A DNA stretch of 64,000 bases from Octopus sinensis (lineage: Eukaryota): NCBI RefSeq assembly GCF_006345805.1, contig NC_043001.1, forward strand, positions 101,928,001 to 101,992,000, read 5' to 3'. Under the pieces are notes generated by a model. The model made no database searches, was not told where the DNA came from, and saw only the letters and a list, made by a program, of their open reading frames with translations. Shown here piece by piece: positions 40,044 through 52,305 of the stretch. A program made the translations under genes and the position numbers. The number at the start of each line of letters is the position of its first letter. Position 1 is the stretch's first letter.

Positions 40044-40344
40044 TGTAGTATGAGGAATGAGGTGCAATTCACCTACTTCTTCGGTTCTCTTGCAGCGTTG
40101 ACTTTCCAGCTGGATTACATCCGAAAGGTGCCCTGCCCGCTTACCCTATGGCCAGGACTTAACAGCAAATTCTCTCCCTAGCTCGTACATCTACATCGTC
40201 CGTCCGCCACGACTGCCCCAAAGCGAAGAAACCCACATTGGTTCTACTTCCACCACGTGACTTCCCTCACTCCAGCTCTTCTGGTAGGGTCCCTCAGCCA
40301 TTGACGTCACTGCCCCTTTACACCCGGTTCACCTCATTCTCACA
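40044..40344 (-). mobile_element. Putative 3' LTR (LTR-B) of a Gypsy element
   Basis: Follows a purine-rich PPT GAGATCAGGGAGGCG; starts TGTGAGAATGAGG and ends CCTCATTCCTCATACTACA (TG...CA with terminal inverted similarity). Confidence 0.55.
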
Positions 40345-40382
40345 CGCCTCCCTGATCTCAAAGATCACCTTTTCACTTCATT

Positions 40383-41038
40383 CCATGTTGAAATCTGCCA
40401 TGCACCTAGACGGATGTCTCACTCGTGATCTCTGCAGAGATGGAGCACCGCTCACTTCCTCCCCTCTCCCTCCATCGTTTACAAAGCAACAATTCCGTGA
40501 ACATCACGCAGCATTCCATCCACAGGGACATTATTTTTGGAATTAACTGCCGTCACTGTCCCTCTATTCCACTAAAATGTGCAGCATCCCTTTGGGGACC
40601 TTGACCCAGACTTCATCTCCTACCTGCACGAAGGCAGACTCTCTCTCTCTTTTTCTCTCTTTCTTTCTCTCTCTCTCTCTCTCCCTCTCATCCACAGCAT
40701 ATTGCGATGCTGTACACGGGTACCACCATTCATACCTGAATATCGCTCTGTGTGAAACTAATTCCTTGGCCTGTCTTGATCGAGGTGACATGTTGTACCA
40801 AAATACTGCTTCTAGAGGTAAAATGCATTCCCTCTCTGCTCTGACCTTGATCTTGTGATGGTGTCTTTCCATGATTCCATTTCCACTCGATCCGTATGTC
40901 GCTCTGAAGAAGCGGTGCATATTCCACTTATCAAGCGTCTCTTTCAGCACCTCCGAACGAAATGCAGTGCTGCTATCCATTTGCAATTCGTCCATAGGGC
41001 CCCACTCCAGCAATATCTTGTTCAAGATTCGTGCAAAC
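40383..41038 (-). mobile_element. Gypsy integrase remnant
   Basis: ILLEWGPMDELQMDSSTAFRS...YGSSGNGIMERHHHKIK (D..E core), VGDEVWVK (GPY/F-like), RSRVRHPSRCMADF* C-terminus; (GA)n insertion. Confidence 0.85.
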
Positions 41039-41279
41039 TAGTGGTGGCTCGTGAACTGCAGCACTTTCTATTTCTACTGAATATTATCGATAACATTCAA
41101 TATAATGAGTCCCTTTTCTCTTTAATTCTTTCTTTATACTTGTACATTATATAATCCTTAAGTTTAATGTCAGTTGCCATCCCCTAGTTTATGAAAACAA
41201 TACAAAATTCCTTGTATAGAACTGTGCACAACAGAATTCCAGCAACGCAGGGTTCGATTGTTGTGTGCATGCTCACATG

Positions 41280-41335
<56 letters not shown>

Positions 41336-41597
41336 GTGTGAACGACAGCACCAGCCCCGACGTTCCGGTGAAAGGTAGTGTTTCTTTGTGACTCCGTGTG
41401 TGCTGTGCTTAAAAACATGCTTATATTCTTGAATGTGATAAGGTATAGAATTAGATTTTATCCTGTTTCTGGTTTCAGTGTTGCTACCAGGATTTGAAAA
41501 ATAGGGCACATTTCTCCCCTTATTTTGTAATTTGGGGGATTTTTGAAAATCAAAGGGGAATTCGCGGTGGTGTTCAGTGAACAAATTAAACACGTTA
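41039..41597 (-). mobile_element. Putative LTR (LTR-A)
   Basis: Reverse-complement homologue of 46467-46953 over about 480 bp. Ends ...CACGAGCCACCACTA, resembling the Gypsy ...ACTACA terminus. Confidence 0.55.
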
Positions 41598-42541
41598 CCT
41601 ATCATATATATATATACGATGGGCTTCTTTTAGTTCCATTCTACCAAATCCACTCACAATGCTTGCCCAAAGTGCCACGCAGTGGGACTGAACCAAGAAC
41701 CATGTGGTTGGGAGGCAAGCTTCTTACCACACAACCATGCCTGCGCCTATTGATAGAGTTCATATATTTGTTATCGTCTCATTAAAGAAATCATCATCCA
41801 TTATCGTTATCATCAACAATAACAGCTACAAAACAAGAAAAAATACATTATATCAAGGTTTCTGTAACCAAAGAAAATATGAAACCTGTCCGCGTCCGCT
41901 GCTTATGCAACAATGCTGTATATCAGTGAATTCGTGTAATGTAGCATTTCAACTTTAGAGTGCTTAAATTTTCTTTAAAAGGAAATCAAGGTTATACAGA
42001 TCGAGTCTACCCGTTCAAAGTTTCCACAATGTAGGTTTTGACTTCACGCATTGTCATAAGCGTTGTTGACAACAACTACAAAAGAAAATTGATAGGTAGG
42101 GCGGGAGTGTCGTTTTCCGGTATATTGCAGGTACTAGATGTCCGGTTAATAAATGTGATTCTATCCCAAATTGCTTGTTCAAACATGTCATTCATTACCG
42201 GATCTTTAATGCAGTCATTAGAGTTGAATTCATAGCGAGGAAAGAGAGGCCAACATAATTTAACGCATCTGAGCCGTCATCATCTGTTAAACTTGTACTT
42301 GTCTTCTAAACCGTTAACTTCTTAATGTCTCAAACACGTTGGCTTGCGGGTAAATATCGAGATTTAAGGGAACAATAAATGGTGAAATAATTAAAGCATG
42401 AACATCAATTGGCACGGAGAGATAATCGAAATCATTATCGCCTCACGCTAGCTGATCTACATACAGTGGTCCATCAAATATTCAGTTGGACGTATCATCA
42501 TCATCATCATCATTTTCATCATCATCATCAAAGACATCATC

Positions 42542-42774
42542 TATTTCTTTACTGCCCACAAGGGGCTAAACACAGAGAGGACAAACAAGGACAGACAAAC
42601 AGATTAAGTCGATTATATCGACCCTAGTGCGTAACTGGTACTTATTTAATCAACCCCGAAAGGATGAAAGGCAAAGTTGACCTCGACGGAATTTGAACTC
42701 AGAACGTAGCGGCAGCCGAAATACCGCTTAGCATTTCGCCCGGTGTCCTAACGTTTCTGCCAGCTCGCCGCCTT
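42542..42774 (-). mobile_element. SINE family A with 12-bp TSD
   Basis: AAAGACATCATC at 42530-42541 and 42775-42786; inserted in a (CAT)n tract. Confidence 0.9.
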
Positions 42775-42789
42775 AAAGACATCATCACC

Positions 42790-43190
42790 ATCATTATCAT
42801 CATCGCATAGTCCGCAAACGAATGCCATTAAACACTTGTCCCCTCTCTTGTATTACTCTTGGTTGTTTGCTCTTCATCAGACCAAAGTCTTCGGCCAATT
42901 GGTCAATAAATGTAATGGCAGAACGACCCATAAGTTGCTTTCTGTGTGTTGATTCCCACATCTGCGTCTGACTCGTTACTTCATCCTTGCTCCGAAAACA
43001 GTTTCTGCAGAATCTGTCTTCTTTCCATTGAGCAGAGACAACTCTTGGAAGACTAACATAAAGAACCTGGTTTGTTATATGGGACTGCCATTTGATGTTA
43101 GGCGCTGCTTTCTTGTATATATTATATGTAGTTTCCATTGCAGTGTCTTTTACAGTCCACAAAGTCCAGCCATATAAGGACGAAGTCTCT
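42790..43190 (-). mobile_element. Degenerate RTE-type LINE 3' fragment
   Basis: NIKWQSHITNQVLYVSLPRV...CFRSKDEV...WESTHRKQLMGRSAITFIDQLAEDFG, followed by a (GAT)n tail. Confidence 0.7.
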
Positions 43191-43225
43191 TCAAGCAACT
43201 ATAACTAATATTTCTGATAATGAAG

Positions 43226-43276
<51 letters not shown>

Positions 43277-43950
43277 GAATAGACAACACAGCAGAAGGTG
43301 ATAAGAACAGAATCTGTGGACAAACGGTGAAACCGTATGGCATATTACTTGCCAATGTATGCCACTAGCCCAGAAGGAATATAAGAGATGCCATGACAAT
43401 ATAGCCAGGCTTGTCCATTGGACACTTTGCAACAAGTATGGACTTGACAGAGAAAAACACTGGTACGACCACAAACCTGAAGGCATCGTCGAAAATAGAA
43501 ATGCAAAGATCCTATGGGATTTTATGATTCAGTGCGACCATGAAATAGAGAATAGGAAGCCTGACATAGTCTTAATTGAGAAAGAAAACAAACTATGCTG
43601 GATCATAGATATAGCATGCCCAGCTGACAAGGAAATGCAATAAGGAAGAAAGAAAAGTCGAGAGATATGACAGGTTAGCTTGGGAAGTTAAGCAATTGTG
43701 GTCGATGGAAAAGGTGGTAATAGTACCAATAATTTTCGGAGCCCTGAGAACAGTGAGCAAAAATTTTGAGAAGTACGTAGAATAAATAGGGGCTGCAATA
43801 AGGGCGGAGCACTTGCAGAAAACAGCACTGCTTGGAACCGCTCGAATACTTCGGAAGGTGCTTGAAAAATAAGATGTGTTACCTTAGTTTACTGGTAGTT
43901 AACAGCTGACACTGTAATACATCTCCAGCGTTAGAAGCTGTGCAAAGGCA
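43277..43950 (+). mobile_element. R4/Dong-clade LINE 3' end (zinc knuckle plus REL endonuclease)
   Basis: ICGQ..ETVWHITCQCMPLAQKEYKRCHDN...ILWDFMIQCDHEIENRKPDIVLIEKENKLCWIIDIACP...LQKTALLGTARILRKVLEK*, then 3'UTR; (AAT)n on both sides. Confidence 0.9.
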
Positions 43951-43972
43951 ATAATAATAATAATAATAATAA

Positions 43973-44297
43973 AAAGAAATGGAGAAACTCTCAAAATACA
44001 AAGACCTGGAAATAGAGGTAACTAGAATGTGGAATCTGAAAACAGAAACAATTCCTATCATAGTAGGTGCATTAGGCATGATAAAAAAATATTCAGACAA
44101 ATACATAACAAAAACACCAGGACTTACAAACACATATAACATACAGAAAATTGCACTACTAGGCACTGCACACATCATACGCAGAACACTTTCCATACAA
44201 TAACCATCAGAGCATCACAACAAATCACAGCACATACCCAAGGCACACAGAGCTGCGCTCGGTAGTGAAGTGAAAGCACGCTATAAAAATAAAACTA

Positions 44298-44300
<3 letters not shown>
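43973..44300 (+). mobile_element. Second, different R4/Dong-clade 3' end
   Basis: EKLSKYKDLEIEVTRMWNLKTETIPIIVGALG...IQKIALLGTAHIIRRTLSIQ*, distinct 3'UTR, then (AAT)n at 44301-44365. Confidence 0.88.
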
Positions 44301-44366
<66 letters not shown>

Positions 44367-44764
44367 GTAGTAGTAGTAGTTTGATAAATTAGGTTGGTTT
44401 TGTTTTGAGTGAAGATGAAGTATATCTAAAACTTCTTTACTCCCCTAAATACTCATAGATTTGCAGCAATTCTCAGGTCGGAATATTCCAGTTGAAGAAT
44501 AAATACTTGAATGTAGACTGCCGATCAAAACAGCTTTTTTAATTCAAAGTCTTTTTAAAGTTAATTTCATGAGATAATAAAATACTTTGCGAGCTCAGTT
44601 GTTGTAACTTATTTTTGCTTATTGTTGTGAAGTTTTTAGCAGAACGATATCTTTCATTTTATTGGTTTTTTTTAGCAAAATAAAAACGATTTAGGCATGT
44701 TAGACTTACTGGTTAAGTCTGACCCTTTGCTGGCAGACCATTTGAATACTCGAGCAAACAATTA

Positions 44765-44998
44765 TATATTTCTTTACTACACACAAGGGGCTAAACACAG
44801 AGGGGACAAACAAGGACAGACAAACAGATTAAGTCGGTTACATCGACCCCAGTGCGTAACTGGTACTTAATTTATCGACCCCGAAAGGATGAAAGGCAAA
44901 GTCGACTTCGGCGGAATTTGAACACAGAACGTAACAGCAGCTGAAATACCGCTAAGCATTTCGCCCGACGTGCTAACGATTCTGCCAGCTCGCCGCCC
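44765..44998 (-). mobile_element. SINE family A
   Basis: Near-identical to 42542-42774. Confidence 0.9.
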
Positions 44999-46466
44999 TA
45001 ACAAATATAGGTGGATATAATTAGGGCCCGTCTAAAGCAACATGCCAGAAATTCGTCGATCTGACTGGATCCCGTATATTGGATCAGCTTACCTGTGAAG
45101 GGAAAGTACAATCGTTATTCTGTTTTATTAGACTTTACTCTAGATATATCCAATGCAGAACAACTGACTGTGACAGAGCGATGGGGTGGGTTGCGTGGAC
45201 AGTTGAAAGATTTGTGAAGTTTTGGAGTATAAAAGGTAATAGTGCCAAACTGTTCGTTCAAACGTTTACTTGACTTTTTAACCAGAAAATAACATCGATT
45301 TGAATGACTGATCTGGCCAATATTATGAGCAACGTGTGTTGTGATCTACAACTACGGATTAAAGTGCTGAGTGAATGTGAAAATTACGTTCCATGCTTTT
45401 CCATTCACTAAATGTTGTCAATGAGCGTAAAGTTTCTTTGAATTTCTACACAATTTCTTTTGCTTCTATTTTTACTTATGGCATTTCCTTTGTGTGATGT
45501 CTATTTGTCCATCTGGTCATATTCATTTGCCCGTTGTGAAATGAATGCTATATTCCAGGTGATTAGTAGGAGCAGCAAAAATTCTTTCACACAGCTTTTC
45601 TGTTGGAAAATATGTCTGGGAAAAATGTTCCAAATAACACTGATCAGATGAGAGAATGTTGACGACAGGCTTGTGCTTGATTTTCAACAATGGATTTAGA
45701 AATAGAAATAATGGTCAAACCACTGTGTTTTCTAGCAATGTTCTGGCCAGTTTGTGCGCTTTATGAATCCGTGTGTGGATATATCCAACTATGCTGTCGA
45801 CTTTTCTGATATTCAGCAAGAAAAAAAAACAAGAATCTGACTGAATGTGAAGATCATTAACAATAAACTCGAAGAGTACACATTCAGGTAAGGTAATTTA
45901 GAAGGTACCAACACTTTTGTCCCAAGTTTAAAGGTCGAAATATTTATTATTATTTTCAACAATGGATTTAGAAATAGTTTCTGTTTTATGTCAGATCAAA
46001 GCGCCAGAAAGCATATAAAGGGATGAGGCTTATGTTTAAGTACCTTTTATCAGCTCCAGTTGTTTAAATCCGAAGAGTGAGGTCATTAAAATCATGTCAA
46101 ATCATTCCAATAACATCCAGGAGAAAGTTTCAGTGAAGAATTTACGTTGTTTATAGAACTGCTTAAAATTTGTGTTGCTTCTGTTATTGGTGCCAAAAAT
46201 GAGACTGTGAAGAATTACAGTTTTACTGACATTTCTTTGGAGATTATAAAACATCCTCTGCATCTTTGTCACTCATGATCACCTTCAGAGGGGTGTAAAA
46301 GTGGAGTGGGGGGTCAAAAGCAGTGGTGGTCTGTAGATAAAATTAGTTGGGGTGTTGCTTCAGAAAATTTTTAGCCGTTGTTTTAATATTGTGTAAAAGG
46401 AAACAAACATATAAAAAGAAAATTTATATGTAAACCTGATTGGTTCATGTTTTAGCCACTGCCAGT

Positions 46467-46953
46467 CGTGATGCGTTTAATTTGTTCACTGAACTTCACC
46501 GTGAATTCCCCCTTGTTTTTAAAAATTCCCCCAAAATCGCAAAGTAAGGGAAGTAAATGTGCCCTGTTTTTCAAATCCTGGCAGTAGCACTGAAACTGGA
46601 AACAGGATAAAATCTAATTCTGCACTTTATCCCATTCAAGAATATAAACACGTTTTTAAGCACAACACACGCGGAGTCACAAAAAACACTACCTTCCACC
46701 GGAACACCGGGGTTGGTACTGTCCTTCATGCAGTGCTCTCTCTCCCTAGGATGAAGCTTCCTATCTCGAACATGTGAGCAAGCTCGCAATAGCCAAACAC
46801 CGCATCGCTGGAACTGTGAAGTGCACAGTTCTATAAAAGGATTTTTGTAATGTTTCCATAAACTAGGGGCTGGCCACTGACATTAAGCTTAAGGATTATA
46901 TAATGTACAAATATAAAGAAAGAATTAAAGAAAAATATACACGAGTCGTCACT
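46467..46953 (+). mobile_element. Solo copy of putative LTR-A
   Basis: Inverted homologue of 41039-41597. Confidence 0.55.
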
Positions 46954-47859
46954 GGTCAAAAGCTAATAATGGACCACTGTGGTTCAAAACTTATTACATA
47001 ATCTCAATAAAGATTGAACTTAAACATCCACATGAAACAGAAGTTTCCAGTTTGATCGAAGGGTTTGCTAATGATAATTCAGCGGTTCTCAACCGGACCC
47101 CTTATGACCCTTTAGGGGTTGAATGAGGGTCCATATAAGACTTTGCTGTTCAGATTTATCGGCAATAAATCGATTACACTCCTTCAATGCACAAAATACT
47201 TTAACAATTTTTTAATACAATTCCTAATATTAAATGATAAAAGAATAATCGAATTTGTTAAACATTGAATGGACATTAGGGTCCAGCAGAGTGACATAAG
47301 AATCAAAGAGTCCGCTAAATTAAATCCCCAAAATGTAACATTGAAATTGTTGTTTGATGTACAATATTTGATGTGTTCTAATATTTATGTGCCTCATTTT
47401 ATCGATATTTAATAAATCATTATTAATAAAAGAAATGACATTTATGTGTATTTTATTACTTTAGGGTCGGTGCCGCCTTAATCCGGTAATTATAAATCAT
47501 CACAGCATCACTGATTGATTGCTTCATCACTTTATAATTTTGAAGGCGAGGGGGAGAGAGGGTTGAGCGTGTCTGGACAAGTCTTTCTGAGCGCTTAGTA
47601 TTGAAGTAAGGTGACAAATGCTTGAAAATTTCTCTGTAAGACAGGTCTCACTATTTCGACCAATTCCTAAATTATTGTTGTTTAGTCTCAGTTCTATCCT
47701 TTTGCAGCTAACTTTTGATCAAATGTGTTCAAGCCATAACTATACTATTTCTATGTCTTTCCTTGCTTAAGATTGGATTGTGATTTGATAGAGGTTTATC
47801 TTCTATTTCTCCATGGGAAAACGTAGAAACTCTGCTGTTGTTTTGACAATTAGTAACTC

Positions 47860-48060
47860 TGTAATCGTCACCACCAGCTTATCCCTAAGCTCATACACTC
47901 ATACTACACCTCTGTTCCTTCTGTCATCATTGTTATTTTATCACGCCTCCCGCATCCACACTTATCACATCTCCAAACTCTTCTTCCTCGGAACCGTAAT
48001 CTCTGGAATTATCTTCCCACTTGGGTATTTCCTGTAAACATCAATTGCTCCCTTTTCGAA
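47860..48060 (+). mobile_element. CR1-like LINE 3' remnant
   Basis: SRIHTYHISKLFF..RNLWNYLPTWVFP, the typical WNxLP..VFP C-terminus. Confidence 0.5.
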
Positions 48061-49149
48061 GACTCTAAGAGACTGCAAAGATCATAGATCTTAGACATTA
48101 TCACAAAAGTTAATTCTTGGAATAAGACAGTTTCTTTCTGGATTCTCACGGAACAAATAAATGATGGCTTTGACTGTATCAAATTATTTTACTCATTTCA
48201 AAAACTTGAATTTCGATAATTCTCAACAAATTTTAGTTTTATGTACCGAATTTCCACGCTGTCATTTTCTGCTAATGAAAAACAACTACCATATTCCTAG
48301 TAAAAGACCTAAATTTAACCCAAAGACAATGGAGACAACATCCAGATCAGTTTGTGTTGCAAAGTCAAGAAATTACTCAATCATATTCTTATCAGATTCA
48401 AAACAATAAACGCTGTATGTCAATTACTTTTTCCTGGAAATATCCACACTTTCTTAAGCAATTATGAAAACCTCAGGTGAATCTGGCCACAAAACCGATA
48501 TTCTCTTTTATAATCCAATAACATAATTTCATAAGTTTTGTTTTACACGAATAGTTTTATAAGAAGCAACTGAAAATTTTCCGGACGACTTTCAGCAACT
48601 TAATCTTCCGATTAGCTTTCATGTAGTCCTTATAGAGACTCGTTAAATTCCAAGTTATGATAGGTTTCCAATACAGAGCGATGTCCTGGGTGGTGAAAAG
48701 TATTAGAAAAGTTTCTTTCAGTTTTCTTTGATTTGTCGGTCTACTTTTTGTGGGGTATTTTTCATGGCATAATCCCCACTGCATCAACTTAAGCATCTCT
48801 GCGAAAATTTTCCCATATATAATTCTTGACATAGTTTTGAAAGTCATTGTAAAGTCACTTTGTGATCTGCAATGAATATGTGGAAAAACTGAGCAATGTT
48901 AGCGCAGTTGTGCAGAACTTGTAAAATCTGACCAAATGCAATACCTGTGAAAAATAACCAAGCCACAGTGAACAGTTGCTTAGCCAGATTTTCTGGAATT
49001 TACGTGTTTCCTATGCACCATTTTCAAATAATATTTTGCTTGAAGTGTGTAAATGCTCAACAAGAAGATTGTCTTTAGATTATCTGTTAGTGGTTGTAAA
49101 GTGATGTTGGGGTGGGGTACACACAAGCACACACATACATACATGTATG

Positions 49150-49848
49150 TGGAACTTCGTCGGCGTCCAACCACTGAGCTGAGCGCCGCCGGTTGTCGTA
49201 AAGAATCCACTTTTCATTGCAAGTCACAATCCGGTTGAGAAACGGGTTATTCTTGTTGCGTAAAAGAAGGGAAGACGACACTTCGAAACGGCGGGGTTTT
49301 TTTTTGGGGGGGGGCACCCATTTCTCAAGTATTTTTGTTTTTCCAATCTCTTTCAAGTGATTGGAAATTGTCGTATACGTTACGTCTAATTCAGAAGCAA
49401 ACTCTCGAACAGTTGTGCGTGTATTGGCTTAGACTAAGGCTCTTAGTTGATCGTCGTCAACATCCGATGGCCGACCACTACGCTTATCATCTTCAAGACT
49501 CATCACCGTTACGAAATTTCTTGAACCACCATTGTGCTGTACTTTCATTAGTGGTTCCTGGGCCAAACGTATCGTTGATATCGCGAGCTGTTTCAGTAAC
49601 TTTTCGGCCTGGCTTGAACTGGAATAAGAAAATTGTGCAAAATTGCTTTTTGTCCATGTTGTATTCAACGTTCCGGAAAAAAATGGCCTAATAATTCAAA
49701 AAGAAAAAGAGTAACACGATTAGATAGAGCGAAAAACGGGCTTTAAAATGATATATAAAATCAAAGTAATTTAGCGAAAATTAATTGGAAAATACATCAT
49801 TTAAAATCAAAATTTAAAATTCCGCAAGAACTTTCTTGACAACCTAAT
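49150..49848 (-). mobile_element. Mariner (Hsmar1-like) 5' half
   Basis: TIR TATTAGGTTGTCAAGAAAGTTCTTGCGG (49822-49849). MDKKQFCTIFLFQF...WWFKKFRNGD..LEDDKRSGRPS...KWVP...IVTCNEKWILYDNRRRSAQWLD, with frameshift and D>N at the first catalytic Asp. Confidence 0.9.
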
Positions 49849-50040
49849 ATAAAGAAAGATCTTGATGGGTATTTCAGTGATTTACACCACAACACTAGTT
49901 TAGGTAGCTTCTACAAGTAACCTGTGACAACATTCTGACGTCTCTCTGGGGAAGCATTTGTCTACTTATCTCGAAGAAAGTGGAATTAAGTATCAACGTA
50001 ATTGATTCCAGTATATCAGAAAACATTAGTACCTTTACAA

Positions 50041-50488
50041 AATTACTATTTGTAAATCTCACAATGAGAGATTTTCAACAACAGTACTTTGGAGTAAAGT
50101 TTATTTGCCAACATAACATGGCAGTCCTGGTTTAGGACGAATGTTGCTGTAATTTAGTCCCAGGAGACATCGTCTCCAGCTGGCTATACGACACGATCTG
50201 TGTCCTTATATTTTCGAGGAAAGGAATCTAGCACCCCAACTCAGCTCAAAACAATACCTGTGTATCGCCATTTCCGGGTTATTTCCCTTCATCAGAACAG
50301 AATAATTGCGATACACAGATATTGTTTTGAGCTGAGTTGGGGTACTAGATTCCCTTTTTCGAAAATATAAGGACACAGATGTTGTGTCGTATAACCAGCT
50401 GGAGACGATGTCTCTTGGGGCTAAATTACACCAACATTCGTCCTAAACCGGGACTGCCATGTTATGTTGGCAAATTATCTTTACTCCA
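50041..50488. mobile_element. Foldback element family P3, most complete copy
   Basis: Arms 50090-50268 and 50308-50488 (about 180 bp), 39-nt loop, left extension 50041-50089. Confidence 0.8.
50257..50301 (-). ncRNA. Minimal type I hammerhead ribozyme-like motif
   Basis: TCTGTT-CTGATGA-AGGG-AAATAA-CCCG-GAAA-T-GGCG-A-TA-CACAGG: intact CUGAUGA/GAAA core, AUA triplet, short stem III, stem I with a mismatched closing pair. Confidence 0.55.
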
Positions 50489-51699
50489 TTAGTGCCTTTA
50501 TTTATCTGCTGAATTAGAAGTTTCAACAACTTAGTTTATTGTAAGTCAATTATCCATTTTGGAATTGATACAAATATTGGTGCGGTTGATGTTGAGCGTA
50601 CTTAGAACCAAAGCGTTCCTGTCGCAGTGAGTATTACTTGATTTGAGATATTTTTGGCTATTTTCCCTCGCAGATAAAGTGACCGTGAGTTTGATTCGAG
50701 TTGTTATTGCTGTTGTTTGTGTAGTTCTAAGTCCTGGAGGCATTGTGAAAACTGTCAGTTTTACTCATATCTTTGTTCTTCTGTCAACGAAGCCATTTTT
50801 CTGAAGTAGGCTGGATAGTTTTGCAACTGTCCAGTGAATCAGTCAACCAATATTTACATATAATCAATCACTCAATGTTATAAAAAAAACACAATAAGCC
50901 AACAAACAAAAGCAACTAAGTATTATCAAATGATTAATGAAATTTTAAACAACGCAGTATCATAATTAAATTCTGTACGGCCATCTTTTCAGATAATTAG
51001 CTTGCTTCAAACAACACCTACATAAAATCTAAGAAGACATTTCATTTTTCTTGTTGATTTATTTCAATATTTATAATTACTCCTTCAAAAAATAGTTAAT
51101 ATATTTTGAAATTCTTTCCTTTTCGTTGACTATTTCCAGAATTATGAATATCTTATTTTAATATTTTGCCTGTTTGTGGCAATTACTAAACTGAGTTTAG
51201 TTGCAATAATATTGAACAACAGAGATCGAAATGTTATCAGTGTGATCAGGTATGTTGTAAGTTATGTCCGTTTTTATTTAGCCTTATGGGAAGAGATATC
51301 ACGTGTCGTCCATAGTACAATGGGAATTAGATTATAAGCTTATATTTTAAGTATTAAATGCCTAATTACCTGTGATAAGTCATTGTTAATAAGATAATTT
51401 CTTTTCAGGTTGATTCAATATTTACTCCTAAACAAACATTTCAACTGTTTTTATGCCTGACCGACATTGTGTTATTTATGAGAATGAAGATAGGAGATGA
51501 CTTGGCCGAATAAATACGTTTTCTTTCTTTTATTTTTATTTTCATTTAGAAATAAAAGTCCTCCGTTCAAATCCAGTCTTTGTATTCATCCAAAATTAAA
51601 ACATTATAAAACGATCGAAGATCAAATTTATTGAAGCGTAGTAAAATATTCTTCTATAAAACTGATAAAGTGAAACGTTTGAAGACTAATACTATGCAA

Positions 51700-52215
51700 A
51701 AAGCTGGGGAATTACTACTGTAGGCGAAACCGACAGTGCAAATTCTCATTTGTAATTCTGTCTTAGCAGGTGACTTTAAAGATCTTCCATAGACATCGTT
51801 GGTCGAATGTGTCCAGCTTTTATGCCATTTGCGTTGACATTTTTCATGTTTCACTGCTTTACGGAACATTTCAAGCTGAGCTATTTCTATCATATCGATA
51901 GTGTTGTTTGTTGGTGACCAGATATACTGCAATCGTTGCAATACGGTTCCTGCTTTGCCAATTCTACTGTTCCTATCATTTTTCGACTTCCTGCACATTT
52001 GATCGTATCATCCAGCTATGAGAAATTGTCCACAATTTACTGTCCAAAGATAACGGTAGGTTGTGTTACGACATCACTTGGCATCACCTTGGTCTTTTTG
52101 CAGCTCAGGGCGATCTGGCACACCTCATGCATTTGTCCCTCTCGTTATATATATGAGAGACAAATCCTTTACTTGATGTCTACTAGACAGTTTAGCTTCT
52201 CTTGTAGACATCTTC
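51700..52215 (-). mobile_element. Degenerate RTE LINE fragment
   Basis: KKTKVM...SRIGKAGTVLQRLQYIWS...SET(W)KMSTQMA.KLDTFDQRCLWKIFKVT..DRITNE across frameshifts. Confidence 0.7.
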
Positions 52216-52305
52216 CTTAATTCCACACGCCACTTCCATTCTTTCCAGAACTATGTCTCGGCTTTCATGGCTCTCCTTACTCAACTACTCCTGCAGCACT
52301 CACAG

